Source: a virus (lineage: Duplodnaviria > Caudoviricetes). Taken from it: a stretch of 36,491 bases of DNA. Location of the stretch: IMG/VR virus record IMGVR_UViG_3300032303_002175, positions 1 through 36,491 of that record; one strand, written 5' to 3'. Below the pieces are notes generated by a model that was not told the DNA's origin, did not search any database, and worked only from the letters and a program-made list of their open reading frames with translations. This document shows, piece after piece, positions 36,274-36,491 of this stretch; positions within the stretch are counted from its first letter, which is position 1; each line of letters begins with the position of its first letter. A program made the translations under genes and the position numbers.

Positions 36274-36491
36274 ATGTCATTAAAAATAAATAAACGAGGA
36301 GGAGAGGGTGCATCATTCAACCCTCAAAAAATCTACAATAGAGTTAAACGAGCATCTAAAGGTTTGAATGTAAATTCTGATGAAATTTTTATTAAAGTAA
36401 TTACATCGGTACCAACTGAAGGTGAAGTTACAACTAAGGAACTTGATAAATTAGTTTACGAAATTGCTGCATCATACACTGGTAGTCACCA
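36274..36491 (+). CDS. nrdA: ribonucleotide reductase alpha subunit, N-terminal ATP-cone (3'-truncated)
   Basis: MSLKINKRGGEGASFNPQKIYNRVKRAS...VTTKELDKLVYEIAASYTGSH is an ATP-cone pattern, 9 nt after nrdB and open to the window end. Confidence 0.85.
   Translation, partial: MSLKINKRGGEGASFNPQKIYNRVKRASKGLNVNSDEIFIKVITSVPTEGEVTTKELDKLVYEIAASYTGSH

Noticed and set aside
1-36491. Alternative genetic code (stop-codon reassignment), seen in some large phages
   Set aside because: Genes are full length and tightly packed in code 11, and TAG and TGA both end genes at sensible places (e.g. 13214, 16680, 29175, 32386).
1-36491. CRISPR array, tRNA or rRNA genes
   Set aside because: Intergenic gaps are about 110 nt or less and are explained by terminators and promoters; no repeat-spacer pattern or cloverleaf was seen.

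Overview
This is an AT-rich, densely coded segment of a large (jumbo-type) contractile-tailed phage, read in the standard genetic code. It opens with the 3' end of a probable family-B DNA polymerase. A virion morphogenesis module follows: neck proteins, tail terminator, sheath, tube, tail assembly chaperone pair, tape measure, an OmpA-domain tube/hub initiator, a LysM/tail-X protein and a giant hub protein. The window ends with a replication/recombination module: gp32-like SSB, RecA/UvsX, 5'-3' exonuclease, DnaB/gp41 helicase, nrdB and the start of nrdA. The most notable observations are: (1) a three-domain fusion of an ImmA/IrrE-like HEXXH peptidase, a Mn-type superoxide dismutase and a PD-(D/E)XK-like nuclease, whose linkers carry (I/L)xE motifs, possibly a protease-processed capsid-packaged polyprotein; (2) a probable +1 frameshift (UUU_UUU_CGG) joining the two tail chaperone ORFs; (3) an Ala1 class-3-type intein with a LAGLIDADG endonuclease in the Walker A motif of a SNF2 helicase; (4) a recurrent TATTTAT promoter-like motif upstream of most transcription units; (5) an RHH regulator with an 11-bp tandem candidate operator, divergent from the sheath gene. 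All product calls come from reading motifs and gene order by eye; no database search was run.
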